Counted from the stretch's first letter, positions 8,502 to 18,590 are shown. The stretch: DNA of 52,200 bases from a virus (IMGVR_UViG_3300022660_003821), one strand, 5' to 3'. The notes: generated by a model not told the origin, from the sequence alone. A program made the numbers and translations.

Positions 8502-8923
8502 TTTTTCTTTTGAATTGCTTTTTGCATGTTGTGCTTACGAACACTGATGTAGTATAATTCTTTTTCTACACAACTTTTCTTTGGATCTCCGGCATATAAG
8601 CCGCTTTTACGATATTCTATTAATGCTCGCCTGAACTTTGGTTTCTTGAAAAGGAGATTGAGGGAAGCGTACCCAATTGCTTCTATCAAATCTGCTGAAG
8701 GCGCACTGACATTCCCACTAACCTCCATAATCAAGTTGTATTCCAAAGGAGCTTCGAGTTTTAGGAAGTACCCAACCCTTGTTTCATCAAACTGTCTTTT
8801 TATTCTTTTTCTTCCGAGTTTTTTTCGGGGTTTCGACTTTTTCTGTTTCTTTTGTTTCTGTGTCGATAATTCGTTGTTTTCGTTTGATGAGCCTTTCTCT
8901 TTTTGCAATCGCTTCTCTTTCAT
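8498..8923 (-). CDS. Hypothetical protein with very basic N-terminus
   Basis: KQKKQKKSKPRKKLGRKRIKR; 4-nt overlap with the downstream gene. Confidence 0.6.
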   Translation of the reverse strand: MKEKRLQKEKGSSNENNELSTQKQKKQKKSKPRKKLGRKRIKRQFDETRVGYFLKLEAPLEYNLIMEVSGNVSAPSADLIEAIGYASLNLLFKKPKFRRALIEYRKSGLYAGDPKKSCVEKELYYISVRKHNMQKAIQKKK

Positions 8924-8971
8924 TTTGCTCCATCAATTTTGTGTCCCTGATAAAAGTATGAATCTTCATTA

Positions 8972-10738
8972 TTACACCATATAAGTCATTGAAAACGAAA
9001 TTGTTTTACAACAAGCTCCGCTACAATAAACAATTGTACACTTCTTTTGTCCACCAGCAATTCTACATGTCCAAGGGCTATTGTGGTCGGTAGCTGTACT
9101 AAATGCTACATCATATTTAGGAGCGTCAATTGAATTTGGTAATGTAAATATTGTGCCACTATGGTATGTATATACCTGGCCTTGAATACATACAATATTA
9201 CCTATCTGGCGGGCCTTTATGTTTCCAGAAACAGTAACCCACCCTGTGTCAGATAATTTACTTTGATACGTGCCTTCTTTAGCGGCACCAATGTTTTGAC
9301 GTATCTGCGCTTTCTTCTCTTCCGAAGTTGCCATATCTGACAACAAATTAGCTTTTGTTGGATGAAGATTAGCAACATCAGAAGCTGACATGGCTTCAAT
9401 CTGGGTGCGTAATTGCGCTTTTGTGTATGGTCCAACAAACTGGGTGAAACCGCCATTTTTAGCAGCAAATTTCGTGTCTGCCTGAGTTGTTGTATAAACA
9501 GTAGAGCTATCTGCCTTTAATCCCAACGCCTTTGTCATGTTGGCAACAAGCGCATATTTAGTAGAAAGCAAAACTCCATTTTCCTTAATGGCCGGGCCAA
9601 GATCTACAGCATCATATCCTGTGATTGCAATATTGGCAACGGTGTTTTTAATCTCAAATAGATTATTAGCTGTTTGGTTATATCCGATATAAGCAATATG
9701 ATCATTATTAGAATCTGACCAAACAATTGTTTTACGTAACTCCACATTATCTTTACTATGTGAACATTGCAAAATTAGTGCTTGTACCGTTGAAGATTTG
9801 ATATTAACTCTACCATTTATTTGTACGACTGAAGAACTACCGGTAATAGCAATTATAGCAGAGCCTTTACCATTTCCAATAAAAGTATCACGATAATACT
9901 CTGTACCTCCAGCATACCCTGTCATATTAATATTAATGCAAGCAGTGTTGCTGGCGTGTCCTTTATTCACAATGTCGTTACCAGTAATACTAATATTGCC
10001 AGCCATGCACTCTTTCATTGTAATAGGAAGACTTGTAGCAATACCTTGATTGGATATGGTGTAGAGCAATGTGTCATTTACATAGAATTGGAATCCTGTT
10101 CCATTGGTTATCACAAAACGATACACGGCACCAGAAGCAATTTGAGACTGCACAACCAGGTTCTCGCCGTTATAGTACATCTGACAAACAGCATTACCCT
10201 GTTTGAGTGATGTGCGCCCCTTTGTAGTCAGTGCCCCATTGACATTGACATCGTTATTAAATGTAACGACATCATTGACTGTTTGTTGACCAGCCTTTGA
10301 TTGTAGTAATAACGCATATTTGCCAAATAAGGCATCATTGATTGTTAGACCTCCGGCAGATGTTAATTGAATAAACGCTGGAGTGGAATTAGTGAGGGGG
10401 TCAAGAGCCGTAGGTACTGCGGCTGCAATTGCACACCCATAAATATTACGGCCAACCTTATCTGAGCCGCTTGCATAAGCTACAGTTTCAGTCCTGTTGC
10501 TTTCGTATAAGTATTGTGGCCATGTAGTAATACCAGACACGCCAGAGAAATAGCGTATCTTGCCGTTAATATACACATAACCTTCAGAAATAGATGTTCC
10601 AGATATTTCACATCCACTAATGATAAAATTGTCACACCCGTTGAAAATGCTGGCAAAAGCCAACGACAACTCCTGTAAATTGACAATATCATCAACGTAT
10701 GTATATCGGCCACCTGTTTGTGCGCTAAATTCTTTCAT
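8972..10738 (-). CDS. Tail fibre-like protein
   Basis: Follows the baseplate genes with 1-nt overlap; Gly/Asn/Thr-rich beta repeats; C-terminal DTGWVTV...GTIFTLP fibre-tip-like motif. Confidence 0.7.
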   Translation of the reverse strand: MKEFSAQTGGRYTYVDDIVNLQELSLAFASIFNGCDNFIISGCEISGTSISEGYVYINGKIRYFSGVSGITTWPQYLYESNRTETVAYASGSDKVGRNIYGCAIAAAVPTALDPLTNSTPAFIQLTSAGGLTINDALFGKYALLLQSKAGQQTVNDVVTFNNDVNVNGALTTKGRTSLKQGNAVCQMYYNGENLVVQSQIASGAVYRFVITNGTGFQFYVNDTLLYTISNQGIATSLPITMKECMAGNISITGNDIVNKGHASNTACININMTGYAGGTEYYRDTFIGNGKGSAIIAITGSSSVVQINGRVNIKSSTVQALILQCSHSKDNVELRKTIVWSDSNNDHIAYIGYNQTANNLFEIKNTVANIAITGYDAVDLGPAIKENGVLLSTKYALVANMTKALGLKADSSTVYTTTQADTKFAAKNGGFTQFVGPYTKAQLRTQIEAMSASDVANLHPTKANLLSDMATSEEKKAQIRQNIGAAKEGTYQSKLSDTGWVTVSGNIKARQIGNIVCIQGQVYTYHSGTIFTLPNSIDAPKYDVAFSTATDHNSPWTCRIAGGQKKCTIVYCSGACCKTISFSMTYMV

Positions 10739-11268
10739 TAAGCGTTAAATTTGATATTATAGGTTTTACCAGCAAGTCGATATTTGTCTACATAGTAAGA
10801 CAGCATGGCCAAATAAGCCTCACGTGTAATTAAAGATTCATTGATTTGAGGCGTAAAGACAGTAAAGCTAACGCTACTTTCATCAGTTTTTTCATCTGCA
10901 TAAAATAACGGTTCACCTTGTCGCTTTCCCTCTGATTCTTGATATAAAAGCATATTGTCAGCATCGGCAATATCTGCGGACTGGTGATAGATTGGCACAC
11001 CCAGTTTTTCTCCGTTCTTGATTGAAATCCGACCTTTGCTGTCAATAAAACACTTTTTGAATTTCCTATTTAAGAACCACTCAAACTTAAATGTCTGGGA
11101 GGTCATTGATGCTTCTATTCTTGTTTCCTTGGCCCATTCAACAAAAGCATCGTTTACGTCTCGTAACGGCCTCATAAGTGCCTGTAAGAGCAAAATCAAC
11201 TTGCGCCCACCAAGGTAGTGGGGCACAAATTGATTGATGGTTTTATCAAAGTTGATATAGTATCGCAT
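10738..11268 (-). CDS. Baseplate wedge protein (P2 gpI/Mu gp48-like position)
   Basis: Directly after the J-like gene, translationally coupled; C-terminal VDKYRLAGKTYNI. Confidence 0.55.
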   Translation of the reverse strand: MRYYINFDKTINQFVPHYLGGRKLILLLQALMRPLRDVNDAFVEWAKETRIEASMTSQTFKFEWFLNRKFKKCFIDSKGRISIKNGEKLGVPIYHQSADIADADNMLLYQESEGKRQGEPLFYADEKTDESSVSFTVFTPQINESLITREAYLAMLSYYVDKYRLAGKTYNIKFNA

Positions 11269-12188
11269 TATTCTTCAATTTTTAGCGTAATTGCCTCTTT
11301 CCAGGTAAGCAAAGTCTCTTCATCACCTGAACGTGAGCTTTGCTTCAGAAATCCACTATTCGGAACAAAACACCTATCCACTTTGTGCTCATAACTTAAC
11401 ACTTCACCGCCATCTCCATATTGCACTGGAATGAGGTTGTTGTCATCATCATATTGAGCAATGAAAATACCTTGCAAATCACTTGCAATAGTGCTGATAT
11501 GCACATCAACCACATGTTCTGCCCGCTGGATTGCGTCTATAATCTTTTGGGTGTAAATAACACCATCGAAGCTCACATTAGCAATAAAGTCATTTAATGC
11601 GTCTTCTATGTTTTTATAGACTTCCTCTTCACTGATCGCACCGTCATAATATACGGTAACACGAGGTACAAGCACATCGCCTTTACGACTTACAATTGTC
11701 GCATGTGTTCCAGCAAAAGCAATTTGATTGAAGTATGCGCGAATAGCTAACAATTCTTCATCACTTACTCGCTCGTATGCGCCCGGCTCACCAGTAGCAA
11801 TCTTCAACATCAGTTGCTTGTCGTAAAAGCCTGCTTCTTGGTATTCAGAATAGCTAACGCGAGTAATGACTCGTTTGGTCTCGTCAATAGTTGGATAAGA
11901 AAATGCAGTGCCCTCTTCATTCATCTCTAACTCATCTCCACTTTGATATTTCAGCAATGCGTTTGCGTAGTATGCAGCGTTGCCGTTTATACGATTCTGA
12001 AGGTCTTTTGCCAAATCAACCTTGAAAACATCAAGAATATTCTCAAAGGTCCAAATACAGGCAGATGTTACCCAAGTAAACGCATCAATTACCGACATCT
12101 TAGAGCTATTCTGAAACTCAGTCAGCTCTAAGTATTGGTTTCTATAGTTTTTTGCAACTGTATAAATCTCAGTTAATGTACGTGCCAT
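11268..12188 (-). CDS. Baseplate J-like wedge protein
   Basis: Size, synteny and C-terminal VYKNIEDALNDFIANVSFDGVIYTQKIIDAIQRAEHVVDV. Confidence 0.65.
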   Translation of the reverse strand: MARTLTEIYTVAKNYRNQYLELTEFQNSSKMSVIDAFTWVTSACIWTFENILDVFKVDLAKDLQNRINGNAAYYANALLKYQSGDELEMNEEGTAFSYPTIDETKRVITRVSYSEYQEAGFYDKQLMLKIATGEPGAYERVSDEELLAIRAYFNQIAFAGTHATIVSRKGDVLVPRVTVYYDGAISEEEVYKNIEDALNDFIANVSFDGVIYTQKIIDAIQRAEHVVDVHISTIASDLQGIFIAQYDDDNNLIPVQYGDGGEVLSYEHKVDRCFVPNSGFLKQSSRSGDEETLLTWKEAITLKIEE

Positions 12189-13066
12189 TATGATTCTTTT
12201 GTATAAACAATTTCGTTAATCACAAATTTCCATTTACCCGACTCATTCCAAGCAGGCTCATTTATAATTGTTTGAATTGCGGCCATACCAACTTCTGTAG
12301 GCTCCGTATCAAGATAAACAGTACAATCACGTCTGCTACCGTAATTCTCTACAATATTGACTAAATAATTGTCAAGCACACTTACATCGGAAAATTGTAC
12401 TTGCAACAAATTCAGTTCTTGCAAACTCATATTGTAGATGGGGGACAGATCTGAAATGACCATCTTACGCAAATCTACTTTGACAGTGCCGTCAAATAAT
12501 AATAGACCTTTGAGCGAATTACCGTTTGCTTTTGAGACAAATTCATCAACAACAACTGGGCAAATTGTGTACATGTCACCTCTCAATAACGATGTGTCAA
12601 GAGAAAGCAAGTTAAATGTACCATAAATGCGCACTCTCCTTACATCAACTACATTGTCAAAATAATGCAGAAGTCTACGTGACGTATGGGTAAGTTCAAT
12701 GCTCTCCAATTCTGTATTGTCACCCCAGTCAATCACCATAACACCATCACCGCTAACAGTAAAGTCAATAGATTCTTTATCGTTAGGCACTCCACACACA
12801 AAGATTAGCGGCTGGTCGGTAGATTTATAATAAACATGTCGCTGCCCATTAGCCGGCACAAGGTTCTCAGATTTCAATCCTGATACAATACCTTCGTTGA
12901 TCACAAAGTAGTCATGATATTCCAGTTCCATGCCCGGCACAAGATCGGTAGTCATATTTAACTGGGGGTTGCTGATAAGTAAATCAAACACTCCCTCGAT
13001 GGTGCCATATAGCAACATTGCAACATCCCAAATGTTTTGATTAGGAGTTACCTTATGTTTAGCCAT
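12188..13066 (-). CDS. Baseplate/tail protein with N-terminal LysM/tail-X-like motif
   Basis: KVTPNQNIWDVAMLLYGTIEGVFDLLISNP; short LRR-like stretch DLSPIYNMSLQELNL. Confidence 0.55.
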   Translation of the reverse strand: MAKHKVTPNQNIWDVAMLLYGTIEGVFDLLISNPQLNMTTDLVPGMELEYHDYFVINEGIVSGLKSENLVPANGQRHVYYKSTDQPLIFVCGVPNDKESIDFTVSGDGVMVIDWGDNTELESIELTHTSRRLLHYFDNVVDVRRVRIYGTFNLLSLDTSLLRGDMYTICPVVVDEFVSKANGNSLKGLLLFDGTVKVDLRKMVISDLSPIYNMSLQELNLLQVQFSDVSVLDNYLVNIVENYGSRRDCTVYLDTEPTEVGMAAIQTIINEPAWNESGKWKFVINEIVYTKES

Positions 13067-13748
13067 TGTTATCCACGTTTGTAGTATCTAAATCAAGATG
13101 TAAGTCGTTGGTTTCAAAATCATAACTTGCATTATTGACTTTAACACCATCTTCCTCAAATTCACGTTGTAGTACATTAGCCAATGCAGTATGGTCAATG
13201 TTACTCTGGGTCCACCTAATTAGTCCAACACCTGTCAATGGGTAGCGATAACAATTAGTTGGAATACACTTCAGAAGCAAATTAGCATTTTGTCTATTTG
13301 CTTTTACAATATTCATATCGCTTTCAGAACTGGAATACAACTCAACAATACCTCGGTTTAATTTAAGGTAGAATGAGGTTTCTGAAATGGTAAAAAGTTC
13401 TGAAGCATACATATTGGCAAAAGTGCCACCATATTTTGCGGCTTGTACGAGAAACCATTCTGTACCATTTACAGGATTTTGCAGGTATGTATAAGAGCCG
13501 TCTGTATATTCGCGTTTAATGCGAACATAAAACTCCTTATAGATAGGCGTATATGGGATAGTAGTATAGATACCGCCTTTTTTAACCACATCTTCAGATA
13601 AGGTAGCTGGAAGGGTGATTTCACCGTATATATATCTCATCAAGCCAGCATCATTCTCCACCCAATTGAATGGACGGAGAATGAACTTATTGTGCGGAGA
13701 CAGTGTTATGTCTCCTGTATTGATATGTATTTCTATGTCTTTACGCAT
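13059..13748 (-). CDS. Putative baseplate protein (gp25/gpW-like C-terminal part)
   Basis: Synteny; C-terminal YPLTGVGLIRW...LQREFEEDGVKV. Confidence 0.45.
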   Translation of the reverse strand: MRKDIEIHINTGDITLSPHNKFILRPFNWVENDAGLMRYIYGEITLPATLSEDVVKKGGIYTTIPYTPIYKEFYVRIKREYTDGSYTYLQNPVNGTEWFLVQAAKYGGTFANMYASELFTISETSFYLKLNRGIVELYSSSESDMNIVKANRQNANLLLKCIPTNCYRYPLTGVGLIRWTQSNIDHTALANVLQREFEEDGVKVNNASYDFETNDLHLDLDTTNVDNNG

Positions 13749-13754
13749 TGCTTA

Positions 13755-16265
13755 TTAATATCTGGTCGATAAATCATGTTCTGTTCCAAATATATCTGTC
13801 ACTATACACATTGCTCCCCACATATCTATGCAAATCCATCGGGCACAATATACATATTCATCATTAATCCATATATGTCCAGGAACAGCAATAAAACTGG
13901 CATAACCACCACGAATTAAGATTGACGAACACAAATTTTCTTTGCCAAAGTCAGCGTCATAAGACACTTTCGTTGCCAAAGAAGCGTTATTTTCTACTTT
14001 AATTGTCGTTGTACACCATCCGTATGGTTGTCGGGTAAATGGTCCATAATTACAATCGTATATTTTAATTTCTTTTCCAATGTAAGATGCGTCAATTGGT
14101 AATACTATTGTATAATAATGTCTGTCATCTAATTGATAAGGCCATTCGTCCAAATTATAATCAGACACGTCACATACATTCGTCATTAAATACAAATGCT
14201 TATTGATTTTCAACTCTACCTCTGGCTCCACACCAGTATTATCATTGATAGAGTTAATGATAGCGTCAGATTTATATGCAAAATGCAAATGTTGGCTAAA
14301 GCTGCCTAATACTTCAGTATTTCCATCTTTATCCCAAATAATATTTCCATTAGCCAAAGCACCAGAACCATCTTGATTCAAGTACCAAGTACCTGTTGCA
14401 TTCTTAATGTTAGCTGTAGAAATAGTGCCAGCAGTGATATTGTCAGCACTAATCTTACCAGCAAACACCCCTTCAGAATTGACAATGGTGCCACCTAAAT
14501 TGTTCCAACCAATCTTTACGGAATCTGCAAATGTGACATTACCTTGTGCATCCCAACTGATATTACCACCGGCAACAGCACCATCGCCATTGACACCAAA
14601 ACGCCATTTATATCCAAACACACCAACTGGGGAAATTGATATAGAGTCGGCACTTGCTGTAAAACCAGTGACATCTGCAATTGGGGTGCCCGTATAGAGC
14701 AAAGTGTTGTTAAATTTCCATCCAGCAATACTGCTTACGTCATCGCTTTTTAATTTGAATAGTTTTTTGCCATTCAAATCATAAGCTGCAAACTCAGCAC
14801 CAGTATCATTGATATTCATGTATATGCCACCATTAGCATCAATATAATTTTCTAATGCTGTTGAAGCAAGTGAGTTAAAGTTCGCATTCGCGTAAGCAGA
14901 CATGTATAATCCCGTAACAGAACCATCTGACACCAATGCAACATTATTAGTAGAGAGCCTATTTGGATTCAACTTCCAGCCAACAATTTCACCACCATCA
15001 TTAGATGCTGTAAACTTAATCTTACCGCCCATAAATGAAACGTCGCCATTTGAGTCAATGAACCATTTATAACCTCGCAATCCGTTTGTACCAAGTGTGA
15101 TGCTACCGCTTTCAGATGTATATTGCTGGGCGGTATTCATTTTATTGCCTGTCCAAATAGCTGTATCATCAAAGTTCCATCCAGCTATTAAATTTTCCGA
15201 GCCAAGACTGAAAACTTTGTGTTGTTGTACTTCTGCACCGTCTATACCTGTTTGCGGCAGATAGCCAATTAAGCCATAAGATGACGCATTGTCATAATAC
15301 ATAGCAACACCGCCATACATTGCGACCCAACCTTTATGAAAATTAGAATCCCAACCATCTTCTTTTGGAGCACCTTGTGCTGCTACCCCTATATAATTAT
15401 TATTTGCATCAAGGCACATCATATTGCTACGCAACACACCTTCGCCAATATGCCAACCGCCAATTACACCATCTGAAGCCTTAATTGTTCCAGCAAACTC
15501 CGCACTTCCATCTGCATGAAATTTTACATTACCTTTTGCAAATGTAGCATTACCCGATTTATAAAGTCCCCAAATAACATTTCCATCTGCATCGCTGGAA
15601 ATAATGGAACCTTCAGACAGAATTTTTAATGTACCATCCGAAGTCTGAATACCGCCTTTTGCAATCTCCCAGCCACCAATTAAGCCACCATGCTCATTGA
15701 TATGGAAAATATCTTCACCTTGTTTGTAGCCATATATACCAGCCCCATTATCGCTGTCTGGGCCAATGTACACACCAGTTAGAACTGACATGTCGGCCTC
15801 ATTGGTAATCTTTTTGCCGACAAATAATTTAGGTGTAATCAGATACGTACTGCCTATAGTCGTTTTGTTGTTTTCCCAATCCTTAATCCAGTCAAGCATT
15901 GTTGATTCTCGCATGACGGAATACTGGAAGATAACTGTCGCAACAAATTCATCTTCTGTCGCAACTTCCAATGTAAGGGTGCCGGACAAGGCATCTGTTG
16001 GTATAGATTTTATGATTAACCGTTTTGTAGCATCCGTCCCGGCTATCTCATATTCGATTTTATCATTGCTGGGTGTGACAGAATTGATTGTGAATGGGAC
16101 TTTCACGTCTCCACGCACAACCGTAATGTCACTATATGCCTCATCCAAAACAGGATTTGTGCCGTCAAAATCGGCTTTTATAGCGCATACATTAGGGGTG
16201 GCCGACACCGAATAGGCATCGTTCACATTCACTAACGTAATCATTCCTTTTGCTATTGTTGCCAT
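13755..16265 (-). CDS. Tail fibre/spike-like protein with repeated IxGWx(I/F/L) motifs
   Basis: LIGGWEI, VIGGWHI, LIAGWNF, EIVGWKL, SIAGWKF; two G.GA.A.GNI.WD..GN motifs. Confidence 0.7.
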   Translation of the reverse strand: MATIAKGMITLVNVNDAYSVSATPNVCAIKADFDGTNPVLDEAYSDITVVRGDVKVPFTINSVTPSNDKIEYEIAGTDATKRLIIKSIPTDALSGTLTLEVATEDEFVATVIFQYSVMRESTMLDWIKDWENNKTTIGSTYLITPKLFVGKKITNEADMSVLTGVYIGPDSDNGAGIYGYKQGEDIFHINEHGGLIGGWEIAKGGIQTSDGTLKILSEGSIISSDADGNVIWGLYKSGNATFAKGNVKFHADGSAEFAGTIKASDGVIGGWHIGEGVLRSNMMCLDANNNYIGVAAQGAPKEDGWDSNFHKGWVAMYGGVAMYYDNASSYGLIGYLPQTGIDGAEVQQHKVFSLGSENLIAGWNFDDTAIWTGNKMNTAQQYTSESGSITLGTNGLRGYKWFIDSNGDVSFMGGKIKFTASNDGGEIVGWKLNPNRLSTNNVALVSDGSVTGLYMSAYANANFNSLASTALENYIDANGGIYMNINDTGAEFAAYDLNGKKLFKLKSDDVSSIAGWKFNNTLLYTGTPIADVTGFTASADSISISPVGVFGYKWRFGVNGDGAVAGGNISWDAQGNVTFADSVKIGWNNLGGTIVNSEGVFAGKISADNITAGTISTANIKNATGTWYLNQDGSGALANGNIIWDKDGNTEVLGSFSQHLHFAYKSDAIINSINDNTGVEPEVELKINKHLYLMTNVCDVSDYNLDEWPYQLDDRHYYTIVLPIDASYIGKEIKIYDCNYGPFTRQPYGWCTTTIKVENNASLATKVSYDADFGKENLCSSILIRGGYASFIAVPGHIWINDEYVYCARWICIDMWGAMCIVTDIFGTEHDLSTRY

Positions 16266-16279
16266 ATAATCTTATTTAT

Positions 16280-16309
16280 GAAGAATAGGAAGCAAGACAC
16301 TGTAAAGTT
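16280..16309 (-). promoter_or_regulatory. Phage late-promoter motif AAC-N18-CTATTCTTC, ahead of the 836-aa fibre
   Basis: Plus-strand gaagaatag 16280-16288 and gtt 16307-16309; ATG 14 nt downstream. Confidence 0.7.
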
Positions 16310-16342
16310 GTCCGCTTCCTATAAATCCTAAGCCAAAAATTG

Positions 16343-16702
16343 TCACTGAATTTCTTGCAAGAACTGGTCAGCAACCTTCTTTGCGAACCTTCGATATGCT
16401 TGCATCACATTAAATTCTGCAAGAGCCTCTTCGTCATCTTTGTCAAATAGATAATTGTTTACGATGGCTTGCATTTCGTCATCTCGATACTTTTGACGAA
16501 TCAGTGTCGAAATGACAGTATCTCGGTCATATTGTCCGACTGGAAGCGTAACCGTATTGTATCGGAATTTCCTTCCATCTTGCGCCTCTTCTCCACTTAA
16601 TTCCTCAACCTGGAAATTGATTGTGTAAACCTTTTGCCCAAGGTGACGTTCAAAAGTCACAAACGGAGGAGGACAATCTGCGTAATTATAAGTTAAATCC
16701 AT
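16343..16702 (-). CDS. Putative tail-fibre assembly/chaperone-like small protein
   Basis: LIRQKYRDDEMQAIVNNYL...AEFNVMQAYRRFAK resembles small helical proteins that follow fibre genes in Bacteroidales phages; overlaps the RT 3' end by 17 nt. Confidence 0.5.
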   Translation of the reverse strand: MDLTYNYADCPPPFVTFERHLGQKVYTINFQVEELSGEEAQDGRKFRYNTVTLPVGQYDRDTVISTLIRQKYRDDEMQAIVNNYLFDKDDEEALAEFNVMQAYRRFAKKVADQFLQEIQ

Positions 16703-18131
16703 AATCCTCTATAAGTTTTGTTGAGATTTCATATTGTTGCTTTATTTTCACTACCTGACAGCGACCTTTCAAATAGCACACCTTCCAGAAATACTGATAA
16801 TCTGTAAAAGCACCTCGTCTGATACCATAACTGTTACAATGAATCAAAAATCCGAAATAACTATTGATACCGCTGACAGCTCGTTCCAATTGAAGCAAGT
16901 CCATCATGTCTTGCTCATCACTTTCATATATTCGTTTACAAATTTTATCAAGCACCGCTATTGCATTGTACATTGAGCCAATTGTGCGATTGCTTAAATA
17001 TGTTCGATAGCGTTTAATAACACTGCCTACGAACTTTACACCCTTCTTAACTTCTTGCAAATAGAATTTATCAACATGTAACTGGAGATGGAGAGTGTTC
17101 GACAGATAAAGAGCTGCAAGATGATATAAGTCTATAATGTCTTGCTTCTTTGGTCCCGTAATGCAGAAATCATCTACAAACCGAATGTATCTGCAATTCC
17201 TTTTCGCACATTCCTCCAGCATATACTCATCAAAGAACGACATATAGAAATTAGCAAATAACTGACTTGTTAAATTGCCAATCGGCATTCCAGTCATAGG
17301 TTCTGCATAAAACAGACTCTTGTGTTTTGCTAACTTGTCCCATAATGTCAAATCGCCACGTCTTTCGCAATCTTTCTGAGGTGCATGGCGAATTGTTTCT
17401 TGTGTGAGGTATATCAATGTTTCAATATCATCACCATCATAATGCTCACGAATGAATGGGATTAGCAAATCTTCCAACACTTGACAGTCGATGCTCATGA
17501 AAAATGAACGAATATCAAATTTGCCAATATAAGCCTCATATCTATAATGCTTACTGACAATCTTCATGTCCTCACTCAACTTCTCAACAGCCTTGGTTGT
17601 GCCATACTCTTTTCTGCAATTGAATGATACATTGCCTTGTTCCTGGAAGCGTTGTTCAAACAGAGGTTCCAATCGTAAACAAATCCAATGTTGTACAATT
17701 CGATCTCTAAAATTAGCAGCAAAGACTTCTCTCAATTTTGGTCGCGTAACTACAAAGCATGTACTTGTAGTAGGTGTATATGTTCTTGTGATAGCCTCAT
17801 ACGCTAATCTTGGAATGTCTTCTTCTGCAAATAACCTATAAAGCGTACATTGATGACTCGTCTTTTTATGTCTACAACAATCGAAAAAGGCATCTACCCA
17901 ACCTTGGACTTCGTTTTCAAATTCGCACACAGCCCTAACCACGTTACTGTTGTACTTGTTGTTGTTGTTGAAGTTACCATTGGAGAAGTTGACGTTCCAT
18001 GCGTTAGTCTGGTTGTACTCTGAACTACTCCAGCGGTTCGAGGCTGATGCTGCGTGTACTAACTTATTCTTAACTAAATCATGGGATCCAGTGACACGCC
18101 CATTTAATAAACTGAGTCCGCTTACTTTCAT
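16686..18131 (-). CDS. DGR reverse transcriptase; ORF reads in frame through the TR
   Basis: LREVFAANFRDRIVQH, GKFDIRSFFMSID, GMPIGNLTSQLFANFYM (DGR-type), RYIRFVDDF; adjacent to avd and the TR/VR pair. Confidence 0.95.
   Translation of the reverse strand: MKVSGLSLLNGRVTGSHDLVKNKLVHAASASNRWSSSEYNQTNAWNVNFSNGNFNNNNKYNSNVVRAVCEFENEVQGWVDAFFDCCRHKKTSHQCTLYRLFAEEDIPRLAYEAITRTYTPTTSTCFVVTRPKLREVFAANFRDRIVQHWICLRLEPLFEQRFQEQGNVSFNCRKEYGTTKAVEKLSEDMKIVSKHYRYEAYIGKFDIRSFFMSIDCQVLEDLLIPFIREHYDGDDIETLIYLTQETIRHAPQKDCERRGDLTLWDKLAKHKSLFYAEPMTGMPIGNLTSQLFANFYMSFFDEYMLEECAKRNCRYIRFVDDFCITGPKKQDIIDLYHLAALYLSNTLHLQLHVDKFYLQEVKKGVKFVGSVIKRYRTYLSNRTIGSMYNAIAVLDKICKRIYESDEQDMMDLLQLERAVSGINSYFGFLIHCNSYGIRRGAFTDYQYFWKVCYLKGRCQVVKIKQQYEISTKLIEDYGFNL
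17919..18046 (-). repeat. DGR template repeat (TR), 128 bp
   Basis: Aligns without gaps to 18645-18772 (offset 726); 13 AAC/AAT codons and 42 adenines on the coding strand. Confidence 0.97.
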
Positions 18132-18149
18132 ACGTATATGTCAGTGGGA

Positions 18150-18545
18150 TCACTTGCACCTTTTTAATGTTGCATTGCGCCATAATCCAAGCTCAGTATA
18201 AATCTTATTCATACAGAGAGAAAAATGTGCGAACTGTTTGTTTGACAGTACACGAGCGTGTCCATTTATATCGGAATACTCTTTTAGTATTCTTACAATC
18301 GTTTTCACTCTTGTCAAATGAACATGCGCTGTGTCAATGCAGTCTAAACGCTCTTGTGCAGCGTCTCGGTCCGTTTCCAGTCCTAAATGAATTGCAATCA
18401 GCGCATCATCAATTGCGCCAGAACACAAATGCACATAATGTCTTAGGACAGGAGAGTTGGGTGTTCTTCCACCTACAGGAATCCACCACATTGCCAAATT
18501 TTCGACAGCTCGATAAAGAGAAGATTGAAAGACTGTTTTTGCCAT
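18150..18545 (-). CDS. avd: DGR accessory variability determinant (Avd-like four-helix bundle)
   Basis: 131 aa, helical, between target and TR; C-terminal LSNKQFAHFSLCMNKIYTELGLWR fits the bAvd pattern. Confidence 0.85.
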   Translation of the reverse strand: MAKTVFQSSLYRAVENLAMWWIPVGGRTPNSPVLRHYVHLCSGAIDDALIAIHLGLETDRDAAQERLDCIDTAHVHLTRVKTIVRILKEYSDINGHARVLSNKQFAHFSLCMNKIYTELGLWRNATLKRCK

Positions 18546-18590
18546 CTTTGTACGCTTATAGATTAACTCATTTACAATGTTAGTTTATAT

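Noticed and set aside
8972-16265. Second DGR target among the other fibre genes
   Set aside because: No TR-like sequence or W.SSE...AW.V.F motif was found by eye at their C-termini; a BLASTN of the TR over the whole genome would be decisive.
17951-17972. (GTT)n microsatellite or CRISPR-like repeat
   Set aside because: These are the AAC codons of the TR. No regularly spaced repeat-spacer array or cas gene was seen in the window.
16686-18131. RT as group II intron, retron or Abi RT
   Set aside because: No maturase/endonuclease domain or msr-msd; the TR/VR pair, avd and the GNLTSQ motif identify it as a DGR RT.
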